IMG/VR virus record: IMGVR_UViG_3300007643_000003
Coordinates: 1 to 43,819 of that record
Source: a virus
Lineage: Duplodnaviria; Caudoviricetes
Reading direction: 5' to 3' (one strand)
Length of the DNA stretch: 43,819 nucleotides
Shown: positions 8,447-16,851 of the stretch, in pieces
How the letters are laid out: each line of letters opens with the position of its first letter
Position numbering within the stretch: position 1 is the stretch's first letter
Made by a program: the position numbers and the translations under genes
Notes under the pieces: model-generated
Databases searched by the model: none
What the model was told of the DNA's origin: nothing
What the model saw: the letters and a program-made list of their open reading frames with translations, nothing else

Positions 8447-8952
8447 TCAGAACATCGCAGAAACCTCGATTGATGGTGATGGGGCATGGTGGCCATGGCA
8501 AGGACACGGTGTGTGAAATCCTGAGAGATGATTACGGATTTACATTCACAAGCTCATCCTGGGCCGCGTTGGATGTTGCTATCTGGCCAATCATGCAGAA
8601 CTACTACGCGGATAAGGATCTGTGTTTTGCCGATCGGCACCAATGGCGCACCTTGTGGTTTGAGCTGATTTCTAGATACAACCACGAGAGCCCAGCGCGC
8701 CTGGCTGAGTACATTTTCTGTCAATCGGATATCTATTGCGGTATTCGGTCCATCGTGGAATTTGAGGCTGCAGAGAAGGCTCAAATGTTTGACTACTCGG
8801 TGTGGGTAGATGCAGGAGAGCGATTGCCAAGTGAGGGCCAAAGCTCGATCCAGGTAGGGCCATCCATGGCTGATTTGATGATTGCCAACAATGGGACGCT
8901 TGAGCAGCTGAGGGAGGAAGTTGGCGCGGTGGCTGAGGGGTGGCTCGTATGA
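8443..8952 (+). CDS. Deoxynucleoside monophosphate kinase-like P-loop protein
   Basis: MVMGHGGHGKDTV P-loop, GIRS..E, IANNGTLEQL. Confidence 0.75.
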   Translation: MIRTSQKPRLMVMGHGGHGKDTVCEILRDDYGFTFTSSSWAALDVAIWPIMQNYYADKDLCFADRHQWRTLWFELISRYNHESPARLAEYIFCQSDIYCGIRSIVEFEAAEKAQMFDYSVWVDAGERLPSEGQSSIQVGPSMADLMIANNGTLEQLREEVGAVAEGWLV

Positions 8953-9104
8953 TCGATCGTATACCCGATTACCCGGTAGAGCGAAGTCGACCTGATGACT
9001 ATCGCAAGCAGGCGTCAGACGTTATTAGAATCACGCTGGTGTTGTTATTGGGCTTAGCGCTTATTGGAATAGTGGCAACCGTTGTGATCCTGGTGGTTTT
9101 ATGA
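8949..9104 (+). CDS. Small single-TM protein (not in the ORF track)
   Basis: 51 aa, MIDRIPDY...ITLVLLLGLALIGIVATVVILVVL, ATGA overlaps on both sides. Confidence 0.7.
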   Translation: MIDRIPDYPVERSRPDDYRKQASDVIRITLVLLLGLALIGIVATVVILVVL

Positions 9105-9355
9105 AAAGCGCCCACAAAAATATCAAAGAGCCCAACTGGCAATTGCTGGCATATATGGTGAGAAACCAATCAGAGCACACACAAAACGAATTGAGCAGCA
9201 CGCTTGGTGTGCCAAAACATATGATTTACAGACTCATGCGTGATGATAATTTCAGCTATCGACCAAAATGGAGTGATGGCGAGCGATTGAGACGCTACGC
9301 GCTTGAGGTACTTACAGCCGAGCAGCTAGAGCGTTGCGGGGTGCCTGTCGCATGA
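9101..9355 (+). CDS. Small HTH DNA-binding protein
   Basis: TQNELSSTLGVPKHMIYRL...PKWSDGERL. Confidence 0.7.
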   Translation: MKSAHKNIKEPNWQLLAYMVRNQSEHTQNELSSTLGVPKHMIYRLMRDDNFSYRPKWSDGERLRRYALEVLTAEQLERCGVPVA

Positions 9356-9654
9356 GAGAGCCGGATGAAACAACCTACGCACCCTCACCGATTCACAGCC
9401 CAAAACAGCGCCCCACAGGGTTACGGGTGCCCTTGTCGATGTATCGGCAAAGCAATGTCGAGATAGAGGTGCCAGAGCTCACACCACCCGGGTGTGAACC
9501 AACAACGATCAGTGCACCCACGATGTCCGATGCGTTGGCGCTAAAAGACAAAGCAATTGCACACGCTAAGCGGGCAGGCTCTCCGATTTACAGTGGTGAG
9601 AACGGCAAACAAGCTCGACGCAATTGGGCGTCCACTGGCATACCCAAGGCATGA
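9352..9654 (+). CDS. Hypothetical phage protein
   Basis: ATGA-coupled ORF. Confidence 0.65.
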   Translation: MREPDETTYAPSPIHSPKQRPTGLRVPLSMYRQSNVEIEVPELTPPGCEPTTISAPTMSDALALKDKAIAHAKRAGSPIYSGENGKQARRNWASTGIPKA

Positions 9655-10364
9655 AGCGATCCGCACTCAAACGATCTGACAAGCCTATGGCGCATGGTGG
9701 TTTGTCATCAGCCAACAACCGTGAAGTGGCGGTATGGGATGCGTTGCTCAGCATGGGATGCGCTGTCTGTCTTTTCCACTTGCGGATAGAAGACACGCCA
9801 GCGGAGATACATCACATCCTGGAAGGACAGAGGCGCATCAGCCATTCGCACGTGCTGCCCCTATGCTCGATACATCATCGTCAAGGCACTGCACAACACC
9901 CAAGCCGTCACAGCGTCAATGGATGCCACGGCGGGCTCGATATATTCGAGCGCACCTACGGCACAGAAATGGAACTGGTGCTGCGTTGTGAAGAGTGGAT
10001 CAATCAACCCTACGTGACAGGACTCCTAACCGATGAACAAGCCCCGCAAGGTGACAGTGATCATACCGATACCCCAGCCGACAGTGAACGAACTGGTGGA
10101 GTTGGCGAAGTCAGGTTGGTCGAAATATCGCCAATGGAAATGTTTAGCCGACAAGTTCGCATCCATGTCATGCACCACCGTTATCGACTCGCAGACTTTG
10201 ACAATCTCAACGCCAAAGGCGCAATTGATGGCCTCGTCCAGGCGGGCCTATTACAGAATGATTCGCCCAAATATGTTCAAGGCCCGATCCTCCACGACCA
10301 AGTCAAAGTCAAAAGCTATGACGACGAAAAAACGGTCGTCACGATTGAGGAGGTCATGAGCTGA
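9651..10364 (+). CDS. Ref-family HNH nuclease fused in frame to the catalytic C-terminal part of a RusA resolvase
   Basis: GCAVC...AEIHH...LPLCSIHHR...FERTYGTE (Ref) and ADFDNLNAKGAIDGLVQAGLLQNDS (RusA). Confidence 0.8.
   Translation: MKRSALKRSDKPMAHGGLSSANNREVAVWDALLSMGCAVCLFHLRIEDTPAEIHHILEGQRRISHSHVLPLCSIHHRQGTAQHPSRHSVNGCHGGLDIFERTYGTEMELVLRCEEWINQPYVTGLLTDEQAPQGDSDHTDTPADSERTGGVGEVRLVEISPMEMFSRQVRIHVMHHRYRLADFDNLNAKGAIDGLVQAGLLQNDSPKYVQGPILHDQVKVKSYDDEKTVVTIEEVMS
10033..10359 (+). CDS. Nested out-of-frame ORF resembling the RusA N-terminal part
   Basis: CAGGA RBS plus ATG; KVTVIIPIPQPTVNEL...WSKYRQWK matches the RusA beta1-PxxN-helix pattern. Confidence 0.55.
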   Translation: MNKPRKVTVIIPIPQPTVNELVELAKSGWSKYRQWKCLADKFASMSCTTVIDSQTLTISTPKAQLMASSRRAYYRMIRPNMFKARSSTTKSKSKAMTTKKRSSRLRRS

Positions 10365-10765
10365 TGGCAGATATTGGCCGTTCTACAGCAGCACACGCCG
10401 AAGGACAGGCCGATACTCACGCCATGGTGGCTCGGCTTGAGAATTGGGGTTCCTGGCAGAGATCTCTTCCAGCCGACGGTCCAGGACTCTTCCCCAGATC
10501 ACCGATGTTCAAAGATGTGGTTGATCGGTACCGCGAGACGTTCGCACCATCACCATACGATTGTGAGGATGGTGAGCAGATTGAGGCGCTAGTGGCACGT
10601 GTTCTGAGTATCCGTCAGATACTGTGTCTGCAGCTGCGCTTTATCATTCGGGTATCGTCGCGGCGAGCAGCTGGCATCATCAGTATTCAGGGCCACCCGT
10701 GCACCCACACGACGTACCGGGTATGGGTTGAGGATGCTATTTACAAATTATCGACGGAGGCTTGA
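10364..10765 (+). CDS. Q-like late antiterminator
   Basis: ARLENWGSW N-terminal motif, C-terminal HTH, directly upstream of a promoter-terminator pair and the lysis genes. Confidence 0.75.
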   Translation: MADIGRSTAAHAEGQADTHAMVARLENWGSWQRSLPADGPGLFPRSPMFKDVVDRYRETFAPSPYDCEDGEQIEALVARVLSIRQILCLQLRFIIRVSSRRAAGIISIQGHPCTHTTYRVWVEDAIYKLSTEA

Positions 10766-10796
10766 CAACCCTTACAACCTTACAGCACATTACAGC
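10762..10796 (+). promoter_or_regulatory. PR'-like late promoter with TTACA direct repeats (possible Q-binding element)
   Basis: TTGACA at 10762, then CTTACAAC/CTTACAGC/ATTACAGC; the -10 is weak. Confidence 0.5.
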
Positions 10797-10858
10797 AGTG
10801 ATTGTAGTTGCCACTGGCAATTATCAATTTGTTCCAACCTCCTCCAAGTGGTACTTCC

Positions 10859-10896
10859 AAAACCCTGACCAGAGATGGCCGGGGTTTTGGCGTTTT
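10859..10896 (+). terminator. tR'-like intrinsic terminator
   Basis: AAAACCCTGACCA-GAGA-TGGCCGGGGTTTT hairpin followed by a T-rich run. Confidence 0.75.
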
Positions 10897-11015
10897 GGGG
10901 TATGCAAACTTACTCGGATCAATACGGGCGCGTAGTGATCTCCATTCACCGCTGTATCGGGACTGATTCAGCCATAACACCGCAGGACCCATACACGAGA
11001 TGAGCAATAAAACAC

Positions 11016-11324
11016 TTGGAACAGCAGTTAGCTGATCATGATAAGCGGCTGGTTGCGCTCGAAAAGGGTCAGAACAAGCTTCTAAACGCCATGGAAATCG
11101 CAGAGGTAAGGCGTGATTACATGGAAAAAAGGTTCAACCAGGTAGACGATAAGATAAAAGCGGTATCAGGTGAGTTGTCGCAGAATATCAATCGTGTGAC
11201 CAGTGAAGTGAAAGGCATCAACGGTCACATCACAAAAATGGTCTGGCTTCTGATCACGGCAATATTTGGCGCTGCAGGCACGGCGATGGCTGTGGTGCTC
11301 ACTGGGGGCTTTTCAGGTGGTTAG
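11016..11324 (+). CDS. Coiled-coil + C-terminal TM protein (XhlA/holin-like)
   Basis: Heptad-rich N-terminus, MVWLLITAIFGAAG TM segment, first late gene. Confidence 0.7.
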   Translation: MEQQLADHDKRLVALEKGQNKLLNAMEIAEVRRDYMEKRFNQVDDKIKAVSGELSQNINRVTSEVKGINGHITKMVWLLITAIFGAAGTAMAVVLTGGFSGG

Positions 11325-11811
11325 ATTAGCCGCCAGACGCTTAGCAAGTACATCAATGGCGTATTGGGCGCTGATGGGTGTAGCCTTGTTCCCGCTGATG
11401 TCCATTGGGTATATGGGCATGCTGGCCTTTCAGCAGTCAAATGTGCCAATAGTGGATCGATTTGAGGTCGATACCGCAGTTTTTGACGAACAGGGTGATG
11501 TAACGATTTCTGGTTCGTTCTACAAGCTGTTTCCTGCCCGAGTGTGCGAATTTACCGATGCGCGCTTTTACATGCCAGATATCGCACCAGATGGATCCAG
11601 GGTTGAGCGCAGAATTGAAAGGGTGTTTGGCGACAAGCGCAAGACAGAGGCCGACAACAATCGACCCAAGGGTTACACCGAGTTTTTTGACTGGAAGCTG
11701 TTCACGTCTGAGTACCCGGAATTGGATGAATACTCGGGCTTCGCTACACATGACTGTTTGGGCTTCTTTCCGGCCCGAACTGATTTCCCAACCTACAGGC
11801 TGCTGGAATGA
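11317..11811 (+). CDS. Membrane-anchored periplasmic lysis-region protein
   Basis: N-terminal TM helix, soluble domain with two Cys; start uncertain. Confidence 0.65.
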   Translation: MVRLAARRLASTSMAYWALMGVALFPLMSIGYMGMLAFQQSNVPIVDRFEVDTAVFDEQGDVTISGSFYKLFPARVCEFTDARFYMPDIAPDGSRVERRIERVFGDKRKTEADNNRPKGYTEFFDWKLFTSEYPELDEYSGFATHDCLGFFPARTDFPTYRLLE

Positions 11812-12026
11812 TGGACGCTGGAGCTGCTTGGAACGCGCTGACAAACGGCGACAGGCTCGGTGTGCGCACAGGGAACCGTCAATGCTACTTCAGCACGGAT
11901 CGATTAGTTGAATGTTACACGGGTGATGATACGGACAACGCTGTTGTGTTCAATCACTCCGAGTTCCTGACCGAGTTTGCCACCTGTCGATTCCGGTATA
12001 TCGAAACTCAGGACATGGCAGGGTGA
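11808..12026 (+). CDS. Hypothetical protein
   Basis: Coupled by 4-nt overlaps. Confidence 0.6.
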   Translation: MMDAGAAWNALTNGDRLGVRTGNRQCYFSTDRLVECYTGDDTDNAVVFNHSEFLTEFATCRFRYIETQDMAG

Positions 12027-12274
12027 GCGGCAAAACGTTGATCCGGCTCATTGACTGGTTCAGTCACCTCTGGGTTGGGTGGCACGTCATTGCCTTAATG
12101 CTTTTAATGACTGGGTGTGCCTCCAAGGACCCATTTAAGGGCTCTTATTGGGCGGAGACTAACGAGGGTAAGCCTGCGCATTGCACAAAAAAGGGCGAAT
12201 GCTATTCGATGTCTGATGAGGACTGGGCCTATTTCCAGCAACAGGCACGCGAGACAGGGCAATCGGAGATCTAA
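12023..12274 (+). CDS. Small lipoprotein (possible o-spanin-like)
   Basis: Hydrophobic stretch plus lipobox MTGC, two further Cys. Confidence 0.6.
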   Translation: MSGKTLIRLIDWFSHLWVGWHVIALMLLMTGCASKDPFKGSYWAETNEGKPAHCTKKGECYSMSDEDWAYFQQQARETGQSEI

Positions 12275-12648
12275 CCAGGTACATCAGTCGTTACGAGGTT
12301 AGATGTCCTTGTGGGTGCGGTAGAGATTCGATTGACCATGAAACGCTCATCCATCTGGACTACGAACGACATCACTGGGGCTTACCGGCGATTATCACAT
12401 CTGGTTTTCGGTGTGAAGCACACAATCGCAAAGTGGGTGGATCAGATGAGAGTCAGCATATGTTCGCCAGGGCTATCGATTCGGTGATCCAGGGCATAAC
12501 GCTAAGACAGCGTTATGACTATTACCAGTCAAGATGGCCCAATCGTTACGGCATTGGCGTTTATCCATCGGACAACATGCTGCATTTTGATACGCGCACC
12601 GATGGCCCAGCCCGGTGGGTTAAAAAAGGGGATAAATTCGAGCTATGA
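12262..12648 (+). CDS. Endolysin, peptidase M15A family; non-ATG start
   Basis: Frame is open upstream of the tracked 12433 start: IGDLTRYISRYEVRCPCGCG...ITSGFRCEAHNRKVGGSDESQH...AID...GIGVY...LHFDTR. Confidence 0.88.
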   Translation: MGDLTRYISRYEVRCPCGCGRDSIDHETLIHLDYERHHWGLPAIITSGFRCEAHNRKVGGSDESQHMFARAIDSVIQGITLRQRYDYYQSRWPNRYGIGVYPSDNMLHFDTRTDGPARWVKKGDKFEL

Positions 12649-13172
12649 GCGTTGCTGCGTTGGTTGCATCGCCATTGCTCAAGACAGCGCTGGAATTAGT
12701 GCTGCCGGTTGTACACGATGTGCTCGGTGGTGGCAGGATGGCTGATAAGGCGCTTGCACAGATCCAGCTCAAATCGTTGGAGATCGACGGTAAGCGCATT
12801 GCAGCACAGCAGCAAGTGCTCAAGTCAGAGCTGGAAGGCAGCACGCTACAACGCAACTGGAGGCCAATAGCGATGATCGTTTTCCTGGTCATATTGGTAT
12901 TTCAGACGATTATTGTGCCGATAGTGGGTGTTTGGTTTCCGAATACTCTCAAGCAAGACGCTCAATTGATCTATGAGGTTATTCAGACGATCAAATGGGG
13001 CTTGGGTGGCTACATAGCGAGCCGGGGTGTTGAGAAAACCGTCAAGACATACGTCGATGGACAGACACGACAACGAACAGTGGTTGAGGAACCAGAGGAC
13101 GGTTTGAGACCGCCAAAGGTTCCCGACAGCGTCCAGATACATGAAGCGCCGTTTATGAAGCCAGATCGGTGA
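12645..13172 (+). CDS. 3TM holin (GTA holin-like)
   Basis: E...LQRNWRP followed by TM helices and LGGYIASRGVEK. Confidence 0.85.
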   Translation: MSVAALVASPLLKTALELVLPVVHDVLGGGRMADKALAQIQLKSLEIDGKRIAAQQQVLKSELEGSTLQRNWRPIAMIVFLVILVFQTIIVPIVGVWFPNTLKQDAQLIYEVIQTIKWGLGGYIASRGVEKTVKTYVDGQTRQRTVVEEPEDGLRPPKVPDSVQIHEAPFMKPDR

Positions 13173-13492
13173 ACAACGAGGATCTGGATATCGACAACTT
13201 CAACGTGCCGACATTGAGCACCGACGATCCGATTAAACGAATTCGGGATAACAGTAAAAACCTAACATCAGCAATTCAGGCAGCACAAACAACCGTTAGA
13301 ACAATGAGACATCGACACATGTCACACAACTACGACAAGGATCGAATAGAGCGCGAGATGAAGAGCATTCACCAGAGAGTGGTCGAGGCTTATCACCACT
13401 ATGTGGCACCTGAGATCAGGGTGAGGTTTTGGTTGGCGGTTGTATTTTGCGTTGTCGTGCTATTTGTGGGTGTCTCTGGAGTGGGTAGCTGA
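13169..13492 (+). CDS. Coiled-coil + C-terminal TM protein
   Basis: FWLAVVFCVVVLFVGV C-terminal anchor. Confidence 0.65.
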   Translation: MNNEDLDIDNFNVPTLSTDDPIKRIRDNSKNLTSAIQAAQTTVRTMRHRHMSHNYDKDRIEREMKSIHQRVVEAYHHYVAPEIRVRFWLAVVFCVVVLFVGVSGVGS

Positions 13493-13911
13493 TGCCAGCA
13501 AGAAGGCCGTCGACGATAGTCCATCGTGATTATCGTGGGTCAGTCGAGCAAACAAACGGGATGCCTCCGGCTGACGATCAAGAGATATCATCCGGAGAGT
13601 TCAACGATCACACCGATACGCTAACCGATCATGCCGAGAGGCTTGATGCCATGGGCGGGGGTGCACCCGGTGACGCTCTCGATTTGTCAGATTTGGTCAG
13701 AGCGTCCTTGCGATGGGAAGCAGGCTATAACAACACGCGCACCTGGGTGCTTGATGGAAACGGTGTGCCGACAAGTTTTCATGCAGCGACCGGATCAACA
13801 GCTGAGCAGCGAGGGGCGACTGTTCCAGGTAGCAACAGTTCGGTATGGGCGCAAACACCGATCAATAGCGAACATGATTTTCTCGCGGTCTATAACGCCG
13901 CTAAAACCTAG
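13492..13911 (+). CDS. Putative fibre adaptor protein
   Basis: C-terminal DFLAVYNAAK matches DFVATYTAAK of the next gene. Confidence 0.65.
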   Translation: MPARRPSTIVHRDYRGSVEQTNGMPPADDQEISSGEFNDHTDTLTDHAERLDAMGGGAPGDALDLSDLVRASLRWEAGYNNTRTWVLDGNGVPTSFHAATGSTAEQRGATVPGSNSSVWAQTPINSEHDFLAVYNAAKT

Positions 13912-13926
13912 TAGGAGCACTATTCA

Positions 13927-14367
13927 ATGTCACTAGAAACACGGGTTGATGCGTTAGCGACAGCTATCGCTACCGACGTCAAAACGCTGTTGGCTCAGGA
14001 CGGTGATCTCACAGCGCTGACGACAACGGCCAAGACCAGCTTAGTTGCAGCGATTAATGAGCTGGCTGGTATCGCTAATGCGGCCGCAGGTATCAATGAT
14101 GGTGCAACAGCGTCTGGCAGCACTTGGTCCTCGAGCAAGATCTCAACAGAGTTAGCCAATGCCAGCGCCGCGTTGGTAGATAGCTCACCCGATCTACTGA
14201 ACACGCTCAATGAACTGGCAGCTGCATTGGAAGATAACCCTGATGTGATTGCTTCTCTGCGCACGTTGATCACTAACAATGCCACTGCAATCAGCACATT
14301 AGCGACTAATGTGGGCGATACAGACAAAGATTTTGTGGCGACCTATACAGCCGCTAAAGCAGCGTAA
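13927..14367 (+). CDS. Trimeric coiled-coil fibre shaft protein
   Basis: LTTTAKTSLVAAINEL, TWSSSKI and LNTLNELAAAL phage-fibre motifs; AGGAG RBS. Confidence 0.8.
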   Translation: MSLETRVDALATAIATDVKTLLAQDGDLTALTTTAKTSLVAAINELAGIANAAAGINDGATASGSTWSSSKISTELANASAALVDSSPDLLNTLNELAAALEDNPDVIASLRTLITNNATAISTLATNVGDTDKDFVATYTAAKAA

Positions 14368-14373
14368 TCAGTC

Positions 14374-16170
14374 ATGACTCTTGAAGCTCGAGTTGATCTG
14401 CTGGCAGCGGCCATTGGTGCTGATCTCGGTGCGCTTGAAGCAAAGATCCATGTGCCGCTTGTACTGCCCAGCGATCCTCAATTTGGTGGTGTGGGCGATG
14501 CTGCCTATAACGACACGGGTGATAGAACAACGTCAAATTGGACGGGTACCGATGACACAGCCGCTGTAAACGCCGCTTACGCTTTTGCTGAAGCTAACGG
14601 CCTTTGCGTGTTCTTTGACAGGCTTTACAAGTGCGATGGTGTTATTAACATCAAATCGGGTGCTCAATTCTATGGTGCTGGTCCCAACACTGGCATAGCG
14701 ATGACTTGGGTTGATTACCTCTCGAGCACAGAGGTCGCCAAGAAGACGCTATTCGCGCCTGAAACTGTGGCGTATGTTGATGGTGTTCCCAATTTTCACA
14801 ATGCCAAGTTTGTGAATTTTGCCGTTTACGGGCCCTGGTATGAGAACTGGCACCCTTGGGGGAAAAATGCAGACAATACCGGGCGCAGTATCTCCTATGT
14901 ATTGCCACAGCGAAGCACGGGCATTCACGTCAAGGATATGCATTTTCAAGGGGTCGGTTGCGTCACAATCGGCGCTCACGTGGACAGCTGTTTCGAAAAT
15001 AACAGGATTAAACGAACAGGGCGTGATGGCATCACGGTTGGGTTTAGTTCGGTCGATCATGATCATAGTCGGCCTACTTACGTTTATATCCTGGGAAATG
15101 TTCTTGAAGAGACAGGTGATGACTCTATTTCTGTTCAGGGCCTTAACACTGCAATGCCCCCGTTCGTGGCGGCAACGACCACAGCAGGTTCACGAACAAT
15201 CACGTTGGCATCTGACCCCGGTGATATTGTAGGGCAGGGTGTATGTATCAAGGGTGCGGGACAAAACAGCACCAAACTAGGCGCAAAGGTTGTCAGTCAA
15301 ACCGGTGTGACGATTGAGATTGATAGGCCTGCACCGCTGACGGTGACTGATGATATGTCATACGACTGCTATGCCCATGGCAAGATCATGATCGCCGCGA
15401 ACAAGGTTAACAACAAAGGCGATGGCAGGGGCATTATGGTGCGTAATCTTGCCGATATGTCCGTACTCAGCAACACAGTTGACAACGCTGCTATTCACGA
15501 TATCTATGTGGGCTCTGATAGCTTTGGTAGCGTCTCATTCGATTCGGTGATCGATGATAATGATTGCAACTGGGCAGGCAGTCATTCTCTGAGCACGGTC
15601 ATTGCAGACGGTATCAATCTGAGCTTTGTCAGTGAGGTCAGAGTGACCAATAATCGCTGCCGAAATAATTCATATGCAGGAATTTACGCAACGCTAGCCA
15701 ACGCTTGCGTGATTAAAGGCAATGAGGCCAAGTACAACAATAAGAACGCCACATCTGCATCAGCGGCACAGATTGAGGTTAAATCATCGGGCGGTGTTCA
15801 AGTGCTATCCAATGACGCCATTGGCGGTTACAAGAACGGCGTGCTGATCAAGGATACAGAAGGCACTGTATTTATAGGCGGCAGGCTTGAGCGGCACGTC
15901 AATGGTGCTGTATACGGCGCATACATAGCGGGTAACACCGACCTGCGTATGGATGATTTAACGATCACAAAGAACTATCGATCAATGAATATTGCATCGG
16001 ACAACGTGAGTATCTCTCGTGGTACACGTGGTTCATCTTATGGCAATACAAACAATAACGCGCCATACATCAACCCGAGCTTAGCTGCGAACGTCATTAC
16101 AAATGAAAGTATGTACTTTGATCCAGAGGCGCGAGGCTTTGCCGCGCTGCAGTCAGTGGCCTTACCATGA
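14374..16170 (+). CDS. Pectate-lyase-like beta-helix depolymerase/spike
   Basis: FGGVGD...TDDTAAVNAA cap motif, TGDDSISV, many N-x-I/V beta-helix repeats. Confidence 0.85.
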   Translation: MTLEARVDLLAAAIGADLGALEAKIHVPLVLPSDPQFGGVGDAAYNDTGDRTTSNWTGTDDTAAVNAAYAFAEANGLCVFFDRLYKCDGVINIKSGAQFYGAGPNTGIAMTWVDYLSSTEVAKKTLFAPETVAYVDGVPNFHNAKFVNFAVYGPWYENWHPWGKNADNTGRSISYVLPQRSTGIHVKDMHFQGVGCVTIGAHVDSCFENNRIKRTGRDGITVGFSSVDHDHSRPTYVYILGNVLEETGDDSISVQGLNTAMPPFVAATTTAGSRTITLASDPGDIVGQGVCIKGAGQNSTKLGAKVVSQTGVTIEIDRPAPLTVTDDMSYDCYAHGKIMIAANKVNNKGDGRGIMVRNLADMSVLSNTVDNAAIHDIYVGSDSFGSVSFDSVIDDNDCNWAGSHSLSTVIADGINLSFVSEVRVTNNRCRNNSYAGIYATLANACVIKGNEAKYNNKNATSASAAQIEVKSSGGVQVLSNDAIGGYKNGVLIKDTEGTVFIGGRLERHVNGAVYGAYIAGNTDLRMDDLTITKNYRSMNIASDNVSISRGTRGSSYGNTNNNAPYINPSLAANVITNESMYFDPEARGFAALQSVALP

Positions 16171-16194
16171 TGACGACAGATATATTTCGTTATT

Positions 16195-16240
16195 GGGTCC
16201 TCCTGGACGGGTGCCCCTCTTGCGGGGATAAGCAGCGCCG
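16195..16240 (+). other. Predicted lambda-type cos site (cosQ + cosN)
   Basis: GGGTCCT-N18-TTGCG-GGGATAAGCAG-CGCCG mirrors lambda GGGTCCT-N18-TTACG-GGGCGGCGACCT-CGCGG, upstream of the terminase genes. Confidence 0.75.
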
Positions 16241-16326
16241 TTTTTTTATAGCTACCAGGCCTTATAGGCGTTCCTTCCTTGCCCTGGTGTGGTCGCTGGG
16301 CAGGCGATCTAGTTGGAGCCCATGCC

Positions 16327-16851
16327 CTGACTATCGTTAATAAAAAGGAGCTTGCAGAGCTTCTGGGCAAGTCAGAACGCACGCTGACTGATTGGCAAAA
16401 AAAAGATAATCCTTTGCCGATTTGGATTGATGGTGTTCGAGGATCCACCAACCAGTACGACACGGTTGAAGTGATCAATTGGTTGATTGCTCGTGACGTA
16501 TCGAAGGCGTTTGGAGATGGTCCGAATGTGGATGGGGAGTTTTTGGATTCTGATCAACAGCTCGCTAGATTGAGAAAGGCACAGGCGGACAAGGTCGAAA
16601 TCGAGGTGGCACTTCTTGAGGGGCGCGTTCTGGATGCCGAGGATGTACAGCTGGCATTCGGCAAGATCGACTCCGAGGTCAAGTCCGCGTTCTTGTCCAT
16701 GCCCTCACGCATGGCCCCGGTTCTGATCAAGATCCGCTCGGTCAAGGAGATGACCAGGGCGATCAAGGAGGACGTGCTGCAGACGTTGGGCAAGTTGTCC
16801 TCGGTCGACGATGGCGATATCGATCTCGGATCTCCTCCGGGAGAGACGTAA
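16327..16851 (+). CDS. Terminase small subunit (Nu1 family)
   Basis: IVNKKELAELLGKSERTLTDWQ...YDTVEVINWL...ARLRKAQAD; start probably CTG 16327 (the track uses TTG 16279). Confidence 0.9.
   Translation: MTIVNKKELAELLGKSERTLTDWQKKDNPLPIWIDGVRGSTNQYDTVEVINWLIARDVSKAFGDGPNVDGEFLDSDQQLARLRKAQADKVEIEVALLEGRVLDAEDVQLAFGKIDSEVKSAFLSMPSRMAPVLIKIRSVKEMTRAIKEDVLQTLGKLSSVDDGDIDLGSPPGET

Noticed and set aside
11000-11035. Out-of-frame ATG giving MSNKTL that could join the 11016 ORF by a +1 shift
   Set aside because: The TTG at 11016 explains the gene, and there is no evident shift signal; it cannot be told apart from chance or a 1-nt indel
12185-12219. A AAA AAG slippery site fusing the lipoprotein to the endolysin
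   Set aside because: The -1 frame hits TGA-TGA at 12214..12219 before reaching the endolysin sequence
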